From contig CAXXMU010000006.1 in assembly GCA_963667785.2 (NCBI GenBank), forward strand, positions 32,001-96,000: a stretch of 64,000 bases of DNA. The letters run 5' to 3'. Made by a program: the position numbers and the translations under genes. The stretch is from Alphaproteobacteria bacterium (GTDB lineage Bacteria > Pseudomonadota > Alphaproteobacteria > UBA828). This document shows, one piece after another, positions 24,179 to 33,477 of this stretch. The notes under the pieces are model-generated. The model had not been told where the DNA came from and ran no database searches. It saw only the letters and a program-made list of their open reading frames with translations. Within the stretch, counting starts at the first letter, position 1. Each line of letters begins with the position of its first letter.

Positions 24179-24274
24179 GTGCCGCATAGAGTGCCGCTTG
24201 TGCCGGGTTGTCCCGGGATATCCCGCATAAAAAACGAGGGGGGCCGTGTCACTTCGCGCCCCCGCCGTCCGGCC
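24179..24274 (+). repeat. About 10-bp-phased GTGCC/GTCCC array and conserved tail of cassette A
   Basis: Cores at 24179, 24191, 24200, 24210, 24220, then A-tract, G-tract and GTGTCACTTCGCG; same layout as 51179-51265. Confidence 0.7.
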
Positions 24275-24413
24275 ATGACGAAGGGGAGATCGGGCGGCAG
24301 GGACCCGTTGCCGCGAACGACACCATGTGCGCCGCGCTCACGACCGACTCAGGCGCGGACTCTCTTTCCGCGCTCGCGACCTTTCAGGCGCGAGCGACCC
24401 GGGCTCGCGTGAC

Positions 24414-24638
24414 TTAGTTCAGGCCGAAGTCGCCGAAGCGCTTGTTGAAGCGCGAGACCTGGCCGCCGCGGTCGACCAGCCGCTGGGCGCCGCCGGTCCA
24501 GACCGGGTGCGACAGCGGGTCGATGTCGAGCGTCAGCGTGTCGCCGGCCTTGCCCCACGTGGACCGCGTGGTAAAGGTGCTGCCGTCTGTGCGGACGACG
24601 GTGATCTCGTGATAGTCGGGATGAATGTCTTTCTTCAT
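24414..24638 (-). CDS. rpmE: 50S ribosomal protein L31
   Basis: [14 protein letters not shown]...[13 protein letters not shown]...[10 protein letters not shown]. Confidence 0.96.
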   Translation of the reverse strand: MKKDIHPDYHEITVVRTDGSTFTTRSTWGKAGDTLTLDIDPLSHPVWTGGAQRLVDRGGQVSRFNKRFGDFGLN

Positions 24639-24663
24639 CGGGGGCCCCGCTTGCCGAGCGGGC

Positions 24664-24692
24664 TTCATACAGAGACGGCGGCCCCGACGCAA
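24664..24692 (-). promoter_or_regulatory. Putative sigma70 promoter of rpmE
   Basis: TTGCGT-N17-TATGAA on minus strand. Confidence 0.45.
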
Positions 24693-24754
24693 GCGTTGAC
24701 GCAAGCGCCTCCGCGCTCCTGCGCGCAAGCCGCGCACGCGACGGGGCCAGCCGG

Positions 24755-26641
24755 GTGAGCCTGCTGGGCTCCACTGCTGCGCGGCGCCGGGCGGGCGAGA
24801 CGCCCTCGTCCGCGCTGCCGCCCCGCCGCGAGGTCCGCCAGATCCGCCACCTCTTCCGCTATCTCGGCCCCTACCGCTGGGTGATCGCCGCCGCCATCGT
24901 GGCGCTTTGCGTCAGCGCCGCGGCGGTGCTCGCGCTGGGCCAGGGGCTCCGCGTGCTGATCGACGACGGCCTCGGCGGCGAGGAGGCCACGCGCCTGCAC
25001 GAGGCGCTGATGTACATGGCGGGCATGGTGGGGCTGCTCGCGGCTGGCACCTTCACCCGCTTCTACCTCGTCTCCTGGCTCGGCGAGCGGGTGATCGCCG
25101 ACCTCAGGCGCGCGGTCTTCCGCCGCCTCGTCTCCCTGAGCCCGGCCTTCTTCGAGATCAACAAGGTGGGCGAGCTGCTCTCGCGCATCACCACCGACAC
25201 CACCCTGCTGCAGACGGTGATCGGCCACCAGGCATCGTCGGCGATCCGCAACCTGCTGCTCCTCCTCGGCGCGAGCGCGATGCTGGTGGTGACGAGCCCG
25301 ACGCTCACCGGCTTCGTGGTGCTGATGGTGCCCGTGGTGGTGATCCCCATCGTCGTTCTCGGCCGCCGGGTGCGGCGCTACTCCCGCATCGCCCAGGACC
25401 GCGTGGGCGACGTCGCCGGCCACCTGGAGGAGGCGCTCGGCGGGATTCGCACCGTGCAGGCGTTCGGCCAGGAGGAGAGCAGCGGCGCGCGCTTCAGCGG
25501 CCATGTCGAGGCGGCCTTCCGGGCAGCGCTCAGCCGCGTGCGTGCGCGGGCGCTGCTGACCGCGATCGTCATCCTGCTCGTCTTCTGCGGCGTCGGCCTG
25601 GTGCTCTGGATCGCCGGCCGCACCGTGCTGCAGGGCGAGATGACCGGCGGCGAGATGACCGCCTTCATGTTCTACGCGGTGGTGGTCGCAGGCTCGGTGG
25701 GCTCGCTCAGCGAGGTCTACGGCGATCTGCAGCACGCCGCCGGCGCTGCCGAGCGGCTCGCCGAGCTGCTCGGGCAGGAGCCCGCGCTCGCGCCGCCGCC
25801 GCCGGTGGCCCGGCCGCTGCCGGAGCCGCAGCAGGGCGCGGTGCGCATCGACGATGCCACCTTCCGCTACCCCTCGCGACCTGACGCCGCGGCGCTGGCG
25901 AGCTTCTCGCTTTCCGTCCGGCCGGGCGAGACGGTAGCCCTGGTCGGCCCCTCCGGCGCGGGCAAGTCGACCGTGTTCAACCTCCTGCTCCGCTTCTACG
26001 ACCCCGATACGGGGCGGGTCGCCCTCGACGGAATCGACCTGCGCGAGGCGTCGCTCGAGGCGGTGCGCGGCTCGTTCGCCCTGGTGCCGCAGGACCCGGT
26101 GATCTTCGCCGCCAGCGCCTGGGAGAACATCCGCTTCGGCCGGCCCGACGCGGGCGACGACGAGGTGCGCGCCGCGGCCGAGGCTGCCGACGCCGCCGCC
26201 TTTCTCGACGCGCTGCCGGAGGGCTTCGACACCTTCCTGGGCGAGCGGGGAACGCGGCTCTCGGGCGGGCAGAAGCAGCGTATCGCGCTCGCCCGCGCTG
26301 TGCTGCGCAACCCGGCGGTGCTGCTGCTCGACGAGGCGACGAGCGCCCTCGATGCCGAGAGCGAGCGGGCGGTGCAGGAGGCGCTGGAGCGCCTCATGGC
26401 GGGGCGCACCACCATCGTCATCGCCCACCGCCTGGCGACGGTGCAGAAGGCCGACCGCATCGTGGTGATGGACGAGGGCCGCGTCGTCGCCGAGGGGACG
26501 CACCGGGCGCTCATGGCGCGCGGCGGGCTCTATGCCCGCCTCGCCGCGCTCCAGTTCGACGACGGGCGGGCACCGAGCGCGGACCCCTACGACGCGCCTG
26601 CGGACGCCCTCGGCACCACGCCCCGCAGCGCAGCGGGCTAG
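24755..26641 (+). CDS. ABC exporter, fused permease/ATPase (MsbA-like)
   Basis: TM domain, [33 protein letters not shown]. Confidence 0.92.
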   Translation: MSLLGSTAARRRAGETPSSALPPRREVRQIRHLFRYLGPYRWVIAAAIVALCVSAAAVLALGQGLRVLIDDGLGGEEATRLHEALMYMAGMVGLLAAGTFTRFYLVSWLGERVIADLRRAVFRRLVSLSPAFFEINKVGELLSRITTDTTLLQTVIGHQASSAIRNLLLLLGASAMLVVTSPTLTGFVVLMVPVVVIPIVVLGRRVRRYSRIAQDRVGDVAGHLEEALGGIRTVQAFGQEESSGARFSGHVEAAFRAALSRVRARALLTAIVILLVFCGVGLVLWIAGRTVLQGEMTGGEMTAFMFYAVVVAGSVGSLSEVYGDLQHAAGAAERLAELLGQEPALAPPPPVARPLPEPQQGAVRIDDATFRYPSRPDAAALASFSLSVRPGETVALVGPSGAGKSTVFNLLLRFYDPDTGRVALDGIDLREASLEAVRGSFALVPQDPVIFAASAWENIRFGRPDAGDDEVRAAAEAADAAAFLDALPEGFDTFLGERGTRLSGGQKQRIALARAVLRNPAVLLLDEATSALDAESERAVQEALERLMAGRTTIVIAHRLATVQKADRIVVMDEGRVVAEGTHRALMARGGLYARLAALQFDDGRAPSADPYDAPADALGTTPRSAAG

Positions 26642-26726
26642 CCCGCGCTAGTGTCCCGTTTCCGAGGTTTATGCGCACGCAGTCGGGCTGGTGGGTGACC
26701 TCGCCGACCGCGCCTCTCCCCCATGT

Positions 26727-26821
26727 CGTCATGCCCGGACTTGTTCCGGGCATCTCGTTCAGTAGGCACCCTCCGTCACCAAGAAGACTCGTGGATGGCC
26801 GGAATAAATCCGGCCATGACG
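26727..26821. repeat. REP-like palindrome, family 2 copy 2
   Basis: Same arms as 23422-23507; lies between convergent genes. Confidence 0.88.
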
Positions 26822-26867
26822 CGGAGAGAGCGCCGTGCAGATGGACGGGAACTGTTGGAGCGGGACG

Positions 26868-28403
26868 TTAGCGCTGGGTCAGCTTGAGCTCGATGCGGCG
26901 GTTGCGGCGGTAGGCGATCTCGTCCTCGCGCGCATCGAGGGGCTGGAACTCGCCGTAGCCGGTGGCGCTCAGGTGCCTGGGCGAGATGCCCCGGTCGATG
27001 AGGAAGTTCACCACCGAGATCGCGCGCGCCGACGAGAGCTCCCAGTTCGAGGGGAAGCGCGCCGTCTGGATCGGCCGGCTGTCGGTGTGGCCGTCGACCT
27101 GCAGGATCCACGGCAGGTCCGTCGGGATTCGGACCATCACCTCCTTGAGGATGTCCGCGAACTTGGCCAGCCGGTTCTGGCCTTCTTGCCCGAGCTCGTC
27201 GGACGCGGACGCGAACAGCACCTCGGACTGGAAGACGAAGCGATCGCCGATGATGGTGAAGTCGCGCCGGTCGCTCAGCACCTGCCTGAGCCGCCCGAAG
27301 AACTCGGAGCGGTAGGCGGCGAGCTCCTCGACCTTGGCGGCGAGCGCGAGATTGAGGCGTTCGCCCAGGTTGGCGATCGTCACCTGCTGCTCCTCGCTCT
27401 TGCGCTCGGAGATTTCGAGGGCCTGCTCGAGGCGCGCGAGCTGGGTCCTGAGCGCCAGGATCTGCTGGTTGAGCAGGGCGATCTGATCGCGCTGCCGGGC
27501 GCTGAGCTGGCGGTTCTCGCTCAGCGCGGATTCGCTGTCGGCGAGCGAGACCTGGGCCGCCAGGTGCAGCGCCTGCACCTCCGCGAGACGGATCTCCCGC
27601 TCCTCCAGCGAACGCTGGGCCAGCACCGTGCGCTCCTGCTCGTCCGAGAGGCGCTCCTCGAGCTCCGCCGTCGTGTCACGGAGCGCGGCGAGATCAGCGA
27701 GGATGAGATCTATCTGCTCCCGGCTGAGCCGAAGCTCGCCCCGGCTGGCCTCGAGCTCCTCCTGGCTCCGTGCGAACTCATCCCTGCTGCTGGCGAGCTC
27801 GTCTTGGCTCTTGGCGAGCTCGTCCCGACTTGCCGTCAGCGCCAGGGCGAGCGTCGCGACCTTGGCCTCGAGGTCGGCACGCACCGCCTGCAGCGCGTCG
27901 ATGTCGCGGCGAAGACGCTCGAGATCGGTGAGCAGGAGTTTGATCCTCTCCTCGCCGGCCTCGATCAGGAGCATTGCCTCGGCCTCGGCCTGCTGCGCGA
28001 TGGCGGCCTCGGCCAGCGCCGTCTGCCCCTCGCCGGTCATGTCCCGCAGCCGCAGCCGCAGCGTGTCGCGCTCGCCGCTCGCCGAGGCGAGCTCGGCGCC
28101 GAGCCGGTCGCGTTCGGAGAGCGAGGCCTGAAGCTGGGCCGAGAGCTGGGCGATGTTGAGCCGGAGCTCGGCGTTGGCCTGCTGCTCCAGCGACAGCATC
28201 TCGGCGAGGCTGCTGATCTGGGCCGACAGCTCGTTCAGCTGGTCGTTCGTGCCCGACAGCGTGCGCTGGAGGAAGTACTGCGCCAGCATGTAGACGACGA
28301 GCAGGAAAATCATGACCAGGAGCAGGGTCGACATGAGGTCGACGAATCCCGGCCAGTAGTCGGAGCGCTGACCCCTCCGTCTCAGGCGCGATGCGGCGTA
28401 CAC
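26868..28403 (-). CDS. MotB/OmpA-family peptidoglycan-binding protein with long coiled coil
   Basis: WPGFVDLMSTLL TM with Asp; coiled coil; VDGHTD, NWELSSARA, NRRIE. Confidence 0.88.
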   Translation of the reverse strand: MYAASRLRRRGQRSDYWPGFVDLMSTLLLVMIFLLVVYMLAQYFLQRTLSGTNDQLNELSAQISSLAEMLSLEQQANAELRLNIAQLSAQLQASLSERDRLGAELASASGERDTLRLRLRDMTGEGQTALAEAAIAQQAEAEAMLLIEAGEERIKLLLTDLERLRRDIDALQAVRADLEAKVATLALALTASRDELAKSQDELASSRDEFARSQEELEASRGELRLSREQIDLILADLAALRDTTAELEERLSDEQERTVLAQRSLEEREIRLAEVQALHLAAQVSLADSESALSENRQLSARQRDQIALLNQQILALRTQLARLEQALEISERKSEEQQVTIANLGERLNLALAAKVEELAAYRSEFFGRLRQVLSDRRDFTIIGDRFVFQSEVLFASASDELGQEGQNRLAKFADILKEVMVRIPTDLPWILQVDGHTDSRPIQTARFPSNWELSSARAISVVNFLIDRGISPRHLSATGYGEFQPLDAREDEIAYRRNRRIELKLTQR

Positions 28404-28427
28404 CGGGCGGGCCTCCGCGCCTGGCCC

Positions 28428-29573
28428 CTAGCGACGCTCGTTCTCGGCGACCGCCGCTATGGTCCGGGCGAGAAGCTTGATCTCGCCGCGCAGCTCAGCG
28501 ACCGTCTTCTCGCGCCCGGAGACCAGCTCCTCCAGGAGCCGCGTGACATAGACGTCCAGATTGCGCAGATGCGCGCGGCTCGGCTCGTCGAGCCCGCCCT
28601 GCCGGGCGGCGCCGGCCGCCAGACGCTCCAGCACCGGCCGCATCTCGAGCTGGTTCTCGGCCAGCTTGACCATCAGGTCCTGCTCGGAGCGCATGTGGTC
28701 CGTGAGCGAGGCCAGCCGCTCGGTCAGCGACATCAGGTTGGCCGAGGATGACGCGCGCTGCTCCTCGCCGCGCGCGAGCGTTCGCTGCAACTCGTCGAGG
28801 CTGTCGGCCGTCTTTTCCAGCAGTGCGCTGACGTAGGCCGGGACCGACTGGTCGCCGTCCATCGACAGCCCACCGCCGGAGAGCCGGGTGTAGGAGGACA
28901 GCCAGTCCTCCAGCTCGTTGTAGAACCGGTTCTGGGCCTGGCTCGCTTGCAGCTCGAGAAAGCCGAGGACGAGCGAGCCGGCAAGGCCGAAGAGCGACGA
29001 GCTGAAGGCCGTGCCCATGCCTTCGAGCGGCGCCTCGAGGCCGACCTTGAGGTCGTCGAACACGCCGATCAGGTCCTGGTTGGCCACCGACAGGTCGCCG
29101 ATCACGTCGCCCACCGAGGTCACCGTCTGAAGCAGCCCCCAGAACGTACCGAGCAGGCCGAGGAAGATCAGCAGGCCGATCATGTAGCGCGAGAGGTCGC
29201 GGGATTCGTCGAGCCTGGAGCTGATGCCGTCGAGCACGCTGCGGAACGAGACGGCAGAGAGCGTCATGCGCCCGTGCCTGTCGGCGAGCATCGTCGCGAG
29301 CGGCGCCAGCAGGCGCGGCTCGCGGGCGGGCGGCGGCGCCCCCGGCACGTCGTCCCTCTTCATCGCCGCGAGCCAGGCGGTATCGGGCTTGAGCAGGAGG
29401 ACCTGCCGGAAGTTGTAGACGATACCGATGATCAGGGCGCCGAGGATGACGCCGTTCAGCACCGCATTGGCGAAGAAGGCGGTGGCGAGCGTGTCGATCA
29501 GCACGACCACTACCCCGACCACCAGGGCCAGGAAGAGGCTCATGCGAAGCAGGAATGGCCGCTGTCCGCTCAT
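28428..29573 (-). CDS. MotA/TolQ/ExbB-like membrane protein
   Basis: LGLLGTFWGL and GMGTAFSSSLFGL TM motifs; directly upstream of MotB-like gene. Confidence 0.82.
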   Translation of the reverse strand: MSGQRPFLLRMSLFLALVVGVVVVLIDTLATAFFANAVLNGVILGALIIGIVYNFRQVLLLKPDTAWLAAMKRDDVPGAPPPAREPRLLAPLATMLADRHGRMTLSAVSFRSVLDGISSRLDESRDLSRYMIGLLIFLGLLGTFWGLLQTVTSVGDVIGDLSVANQDLIGVFDDLKVGLEAPLEGMGTAFSSSLFGLAGSLVLGFLELQASQAQNRFYNELEDWLSSYTRLSGGGLSMDGDQSVPAYVSALLEKTADSLDELQRTLARGEEQRASSSANLMSLTERLASLTDHMRSEQDLMVKLAENQLEMRPVLERLAAGAARQGGLDEPSRAHLRNLDVYVTRLLEELVSGREKTVAELRGEIKLLARTIAAVAENERR

Positions 29574-29693
29574 CGCCCGTCCGCTATTTCCGGAACGCTC
29601 GTGACCTTAGTACAGCGCGTCGCGGGCCGACAACCGGCGCCCCCCGCGTGCGCAATCCACGCCGCACCTGCCGCACCTGTCCGCCCGCCCCTC

Positions 29694-30695
29694 TCACGCC
29701 GCGCCTCCGGAGCGCGCCCGCCCGGTACCCGCGAGAGGATGCCCGGCCTGAACCAGGCGCCTGAGGCGCTCGTCGAGGACGTGGGTATAGATTTCCGTCG
29801 TCGCGATGTCGGCGTGGCCCAGCATCTTCTGCACCGCCCTCAGGTCCGCGCCGTTGGCGAGCAGGTGGCTGGCGAAGGCGTGGCGCAGCGCGTGCGGCGA
29901 GACCCGCCCCGGCTCGATGCCGGCCGCCCGCGCCAGCGCCTTGAGCATCTGCGCCAGGCGATGGCGCGTGAGATGGCCGCTCGCAGCGCGGGAGGGGAAC
30001 AGCCAGCGCGACGGCGCGCCGCCGGCGAGGTGGCGCTCGCGCACCGCGAGGTAGGCGTCGAGCGCACGGCGGGCCGGCGCTCCCAGCGGGACCAGCCGCT
30101 CCTTCCCACCCTTTCCCCGGACCAGCAGGGTGCGCGTCTCGGCCGAGACCGCATGGAGCGGCAGCGAGACCAGCTCCGAGACGCGCAGGCCGCCGCCGTA
30201 GAGCAGCTCGACCATGGCCCTGAGGCGCAGCCCGTCCGCCTCGCGCCGGGGCGAGAGCCCCGGACGGCCGGCCTCGGGCCATGCCGCCGCGAGCAACTTC
30301 CCGACCTCGTCTTCGCTCAGCACCCCGGGAAGCGTGCGGGGCAGCGCCGGCGACTCCACCGGGCCGGTGGGGTCGTCCTCGCGCCGGCCGTCGGTGAGCA
30401 GGAAGCGGTAGAACTGGCGCAGGCAAGAGAGCCGGCGCCCGGCGGTGCGGGCCGAGATGCCGGCGCGGCGCTGCGCCGCCACGAAGTCTCGGATCGATTC
30501 GGTTCCGGCCTCGGCGAGGGCGACGCCGGAGGGCGCAAGATGGGCGGCGAAGCAGGCGAGATCGCGCCGATAGGCATCGAGCGTGTTACGGGCGAGCCCG
30601 CGCTCCGCCGCCGCCATCTCGAGAAAGGCCTCGATGGCCGCGCCGTCGCCTGCGCGCAGCGTCGCCGCCACCGCCGTCCGCCCCCGGACCGTCAC
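29694..30695 (-). CDS. xerD: Tyrosine recombinase XerD
   Basis: ERGLARNTLDAYRRDL, GLRVSELV, GKGGKER, HALRHAFASHLL, LGHADIATTEIYTHV; GTG start coupled to upstream stop. Confidence 0.92.
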   Translation of the reverse strand: MTVRGRTAVAATLRAGDGAAIEAFLEMAAAERGLARNTLDAYRRDLACFAAHLAPSGVALAEAGTESIRDFVAAQRRAGISARTAGRRLSCLRQFYRFLLTDGRREDDPTGPVESPALPRTLPGVLSEDEVGKLLAAAWPEAGRPGLSPRREADGLRLRAMVELLYGGGLRVSELVSLPLHAVSAETRTLLVRGKGGKERLVPLGAPARRALDAYLAVRERHLAGGAPSRWLFPSRAASGHLTRHRLAQMLKALARAAGIEPGRVSPHALRHAFASHLLANGADLRAVQKMLGHADIATTEIYTHVLDERLRRLVQAGHPLAGTGRARSGGAA

Positions 30696-32563
30696 AGCCT
30701 CGCCGCGCGCGCCGCCTCCAGGGCGATCGCCCGCGCCTCCTCCTTCAGCCCGACCGAGACGAGGGCGGAGACGACCGTCTCGACGGCCGCAAGACCGGCA
30801 CGATCGGGGCCGCTCTCGCCCAGCAGCAGCAAAGCCATCAGAACGGTCTCGCCGAGCCGCCCCTCCCCAGCCGCCTCGCGCAAGGCCCGGTCGAGCACGG
30901 GGGCCGGCTCCCACGCGCCCTGCTCGACCTCGTAGGAGAGCGCGCGATCCCATATCTCCGGCTCGATCGGGGTCTCCAGCGCGTCGAGCAGAAGCAACAG
31001 CAGGTTCATCTGATCGATCAGGAAATCGGGGTCGCTGTCCTGCTCCCGGAACGCGAGCCACGCGTCGAAATCGGCCGCCGTCGGCGCTTCCGCATCGCCG
31101 CTCAGAAGCAGCGTCGGCCAGAGCTGCAGCGCGGCGCGCGCCGCCTCGGCATCGCGCGGCGCCTGCGCGCGAGCCAGCGCGTACCAGGCCGACGCCGCGT
31201 CCCCGTCGCCGGCCGCCATCAGGACGCGCCCGGCGACGCCGCTGAACCAGCCGTGCTCCGGCGCCGGCGGGATCGTCCGCACCAGGTCGGCGAGCGCGTG
31301 CGCCATGAGCGTCTCGGCGGCCTGTTCCCTGACTATGCCGATCGCGGCCGCCACCAGCTCCGCCCGCAGCGTGGGAACCGTCTGCGCCTCGACCGCCTGC
31401 AGCAGGAGGGCGCGGAGAAGCGGCGTCTCCAGTCCCACCCCCTGACTCAGCGGCTCGGCGCGCTCCTCCGGGGAGAACACCATCTCCCGATAGAGCCCGC
31501 GCAGGGTCTCGATGGGGAGCACGCCGGTGGCCCAGGCGCGTTCCGCCGCCAGCAGCCGGACCGCGGGCGAGACTTCCGGCGCACCGGCAATGGCCGGCAG
31601 CACGTCCGGCGCGGCCGCCGACACCGCCTCCGCGGGGATCGGGAACTGCGCCAGCCGCCACGCGGCGACCCGCAGGGGAGTGGGCTCCTCGAGCCCTTCC
31701 AGAACCGGCTCCGCCAGCCCCGCCATGGCGTAGATCGTCTCGTCGAACGGGTCATCGGGCGCCGCGTCGGATTCGTGCAGGAGCTCGAGGCCGAGCATCG
31801 CCGCCTCGATCAGCCCGCCCTGCGCGTGGCAGAGAATGCGCACGCGGCGCCAATAGCCGTCGCCGGCGGCGCTCGCCTTGCCGCGTGCCTGCTCGCAGGC
31901 CGATTCGAAGTCGAGCGACGCCAGATGGCGATCGCTTCCGATCCGCGCGATAGCCTCCTTGCCGCCGGGCGGGCCGGCCGTCTCCAGCAGGGCGATGGCA
32001 TACTCGCGCGCACCTATGGCGACGAGGCGCTTCGCCCGCGACAGCACGAGCGTCCCCGGCTCGCCCTCTCCGACCGGCGGATGCGCCCGCGAGGCGAGCA
32101 GCGCCAGCGCCAGCCGTCGCATGGCGGGGGAGCGGATGGCGCCCGGCAGGTGCGGCAGCAGGGCCTCGATCCTGACGCGGCGCGATCCCGCCCAGGCCTC
32201 GGCGGGGAACGGCTCGACCCCGGGCAGGATCACGCCGGCCGCGTCGGGATCGATCGCGTCGAGCGTCCCCACCACGATGCCGCCCTCGCCCGGCGAGCCG
32301 GCTCGGCCGCCCTCCTCTCCGCCCGCGTCCCCGCTTCCCTCGGAAAGCGCATCGGCGGCAGGCGTGGGGGAGGAGTCTCCGCCCGGCGCCGCGGCATCGG
32401 CATCGTCGAGTTCGATCTCCTGGACGGGCACCAGACGAAGCGGCTCGTCCTGGTTCTGGCCGAAGCCCTCGCCGGCGGATACGACCAGCAACCCGGCGGC
32501 GCCTGCGAGGGCGCCCGCGAGACCGCGGGGGAGCCGCCGACGCGCCTTCCGCGGCCCCGCCAT
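30692..32563 (-). CDS. Conserved hypothetical exported helical protein
   Basis: Signal-like N-terminus, acidic linker, Ala/Leu-rich helical body; coupled to xerD. Confidence 0.7.
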   Translation of the reverse strand: MAGPRKARRRLPRGLAGALAGAAGLLVVSAGEGFGQNQDEPLRLVPVQEIELDDADAAAPGGDSSPTPAADALSEGSGDAGGEEGGRAGSPGEGGIVVGTLDAIDPDAAGVILPGVEPFPAEAWAGSRRVRIEALLPHLPGAIRSPAMRRLALALLASRAHPPVGEGEPGTLVLSRAKRLVAIGAREYAIALLETAGPPGGKEAIARIGSDRHLASLDFESACEQARGKASAAGDGYWRRVRILCHAQGGLIEAAMLGLELLHESDAAPDDPFDETIYAMAGLAEPVLEGLEEPTPLRVAAWRLAQFPIPAEAVSAAAPDVLPAIAGAPEVSPAVRLLAAERAWATGVLPIETLRGLYREMVFSPEERAEPLSQGVGLETPLLRALLLQAVEAQTVPTLRAELVAAAIGIVREQAAETLMAHALADLVRTIPPAPEHGWFSGVAGRVLMAAGDGDAASAWYALARAQAPRDAEAARAALQLWPTLLLSGDAEAPTAADFDAWLAFREQDSDPDFLIDQMNLLLLLLDALETPIEPEIWDRALSYEVEQGAWEPAPVLDRALREAAGEGRLGETVLMALLLLGESGPDRAGLAAVETVVSALVSVGLKEEARAIALEAARAARL

Positions 32564-32583
32564 GCTACGACCCGAGCGTGCTC

Positions 32584-32712
32584 TCACGTGTCGAAGCGCT
32601 CACTGGACAGCACCTTTTCGACCGGGCCGGCCGGCGGCGGAATGTCCCAGGTCAGGAGAAAGCCGATCCCGCCACCGATAATGAGCAAGAGGACGATCAC
32701 GAGGATTTTCAA
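32584..32712 (-). CDS. Small single-pass membrane protein (42 aa)
   Basis: TTG start; (M)[41 protein letters not shown]; GAGGG upstream; below ORF-track cutoff. Confidence 0.65.
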   Translation of the reverse strand: MKILVIVLLLIIGGGIGFLLTWDIPPPAGPVEKVLSSERFDT

Positions 32713-32879
32713 CGGGGTATGCCCTCACTCCTGGCCGCCCACCGGGATGGAAACGGCCGGCGGGCAATCGTCGCTTGTGTGGTAGAATCGAATTATGGCG
32801 ACGGTGCGGCAGTCTATCGGCGCGCGCGCGGTGCTTCAACGACGCGCGGCCGGGCGCGGTGGCGCGCGTTGCTGAGCCG

Positions 32880-33473
32880 ATGACGGCAGGGTCGGGTTGT
32901 CCGCCGACGGACCGCACGATCGTTCTGGTCGGACTGATGGGGGCTGGCAAGAGCGCGATCGGCCGCCGCCTCGCCGCCCGGCTCGGCATGCCGTTCGTCG
33001 ACGCCGACACCGAGATCGAGCGGGCAGCGGGATGCACCATCACAGACATTTTCGAGCTGCACGGAGAGGCGGCGTTCCGCGACGGCGAGCGGCGCGTGAT
33101 CGCGCGGCTGCTGACCCGGCCCCCGCACGTGCTGGCAACCGGCGGCGGTGCGTTCATGGATCTCGCAACCCGCGCGGCGATTCGGGCCAGCGGGATCTCG
33201 ATTTGGCTGAAGGCCGACCTCGACCTGCTCCTCGCGCGGGTCTCGCGGCGCAGCAACCGCCCGCTGCTTGCCGGCGGCGACGCACGGGCCATCCTCACGC
33301 GGCTGATGGCGGAGCGTCATCCGGTCTACGCCGAAGCCGACATCACCGTCGAGAGCATGGACAGGCCGCACGAGCAGATGGTGCAGATGGTCGTGGACGC
33401 GCTCGCCGCGCATGCCGCGGCGGAGCGGAGCGAGCCGAACTCGCAATCGTCAAAGGCCGGCCTCGGGACCTGA
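32880..33473 (+). CDS. aroK: Shikimate kinase
   Basis: [24 protein letters not shown]. Confidence 0.95.
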   Translation: MTAGSGCPPTDRTIVLVGLMGAGKSAIGRRLAARLGMPFVDADTEIERAAGCTITDIFELHGEAAFRDGERRVIARLLTRPPHVLATGGGAFMDLATRAAIRASGISIWLKADLDLLLARVSRRSNRPLLAGGDARAILTRLMAERHPVYAEADITVESMDRPHEQMVQMVVDALAAHAAAERSEPNSQSSKAGLGT

Positions 33474-33477
33474 CCCG

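Noticed and set aside
26868-29573. Zorya defence system
   Set aside because: No zorC/D/E, host-like composition and core-gene context
29694-30695. Tyrosine recombinase as island integrase or mobiliser of the gp27 cassettes
   Set aside because: Motifs and aroK/aroB context fit housekeeping XerD; no att site or tRNA seen
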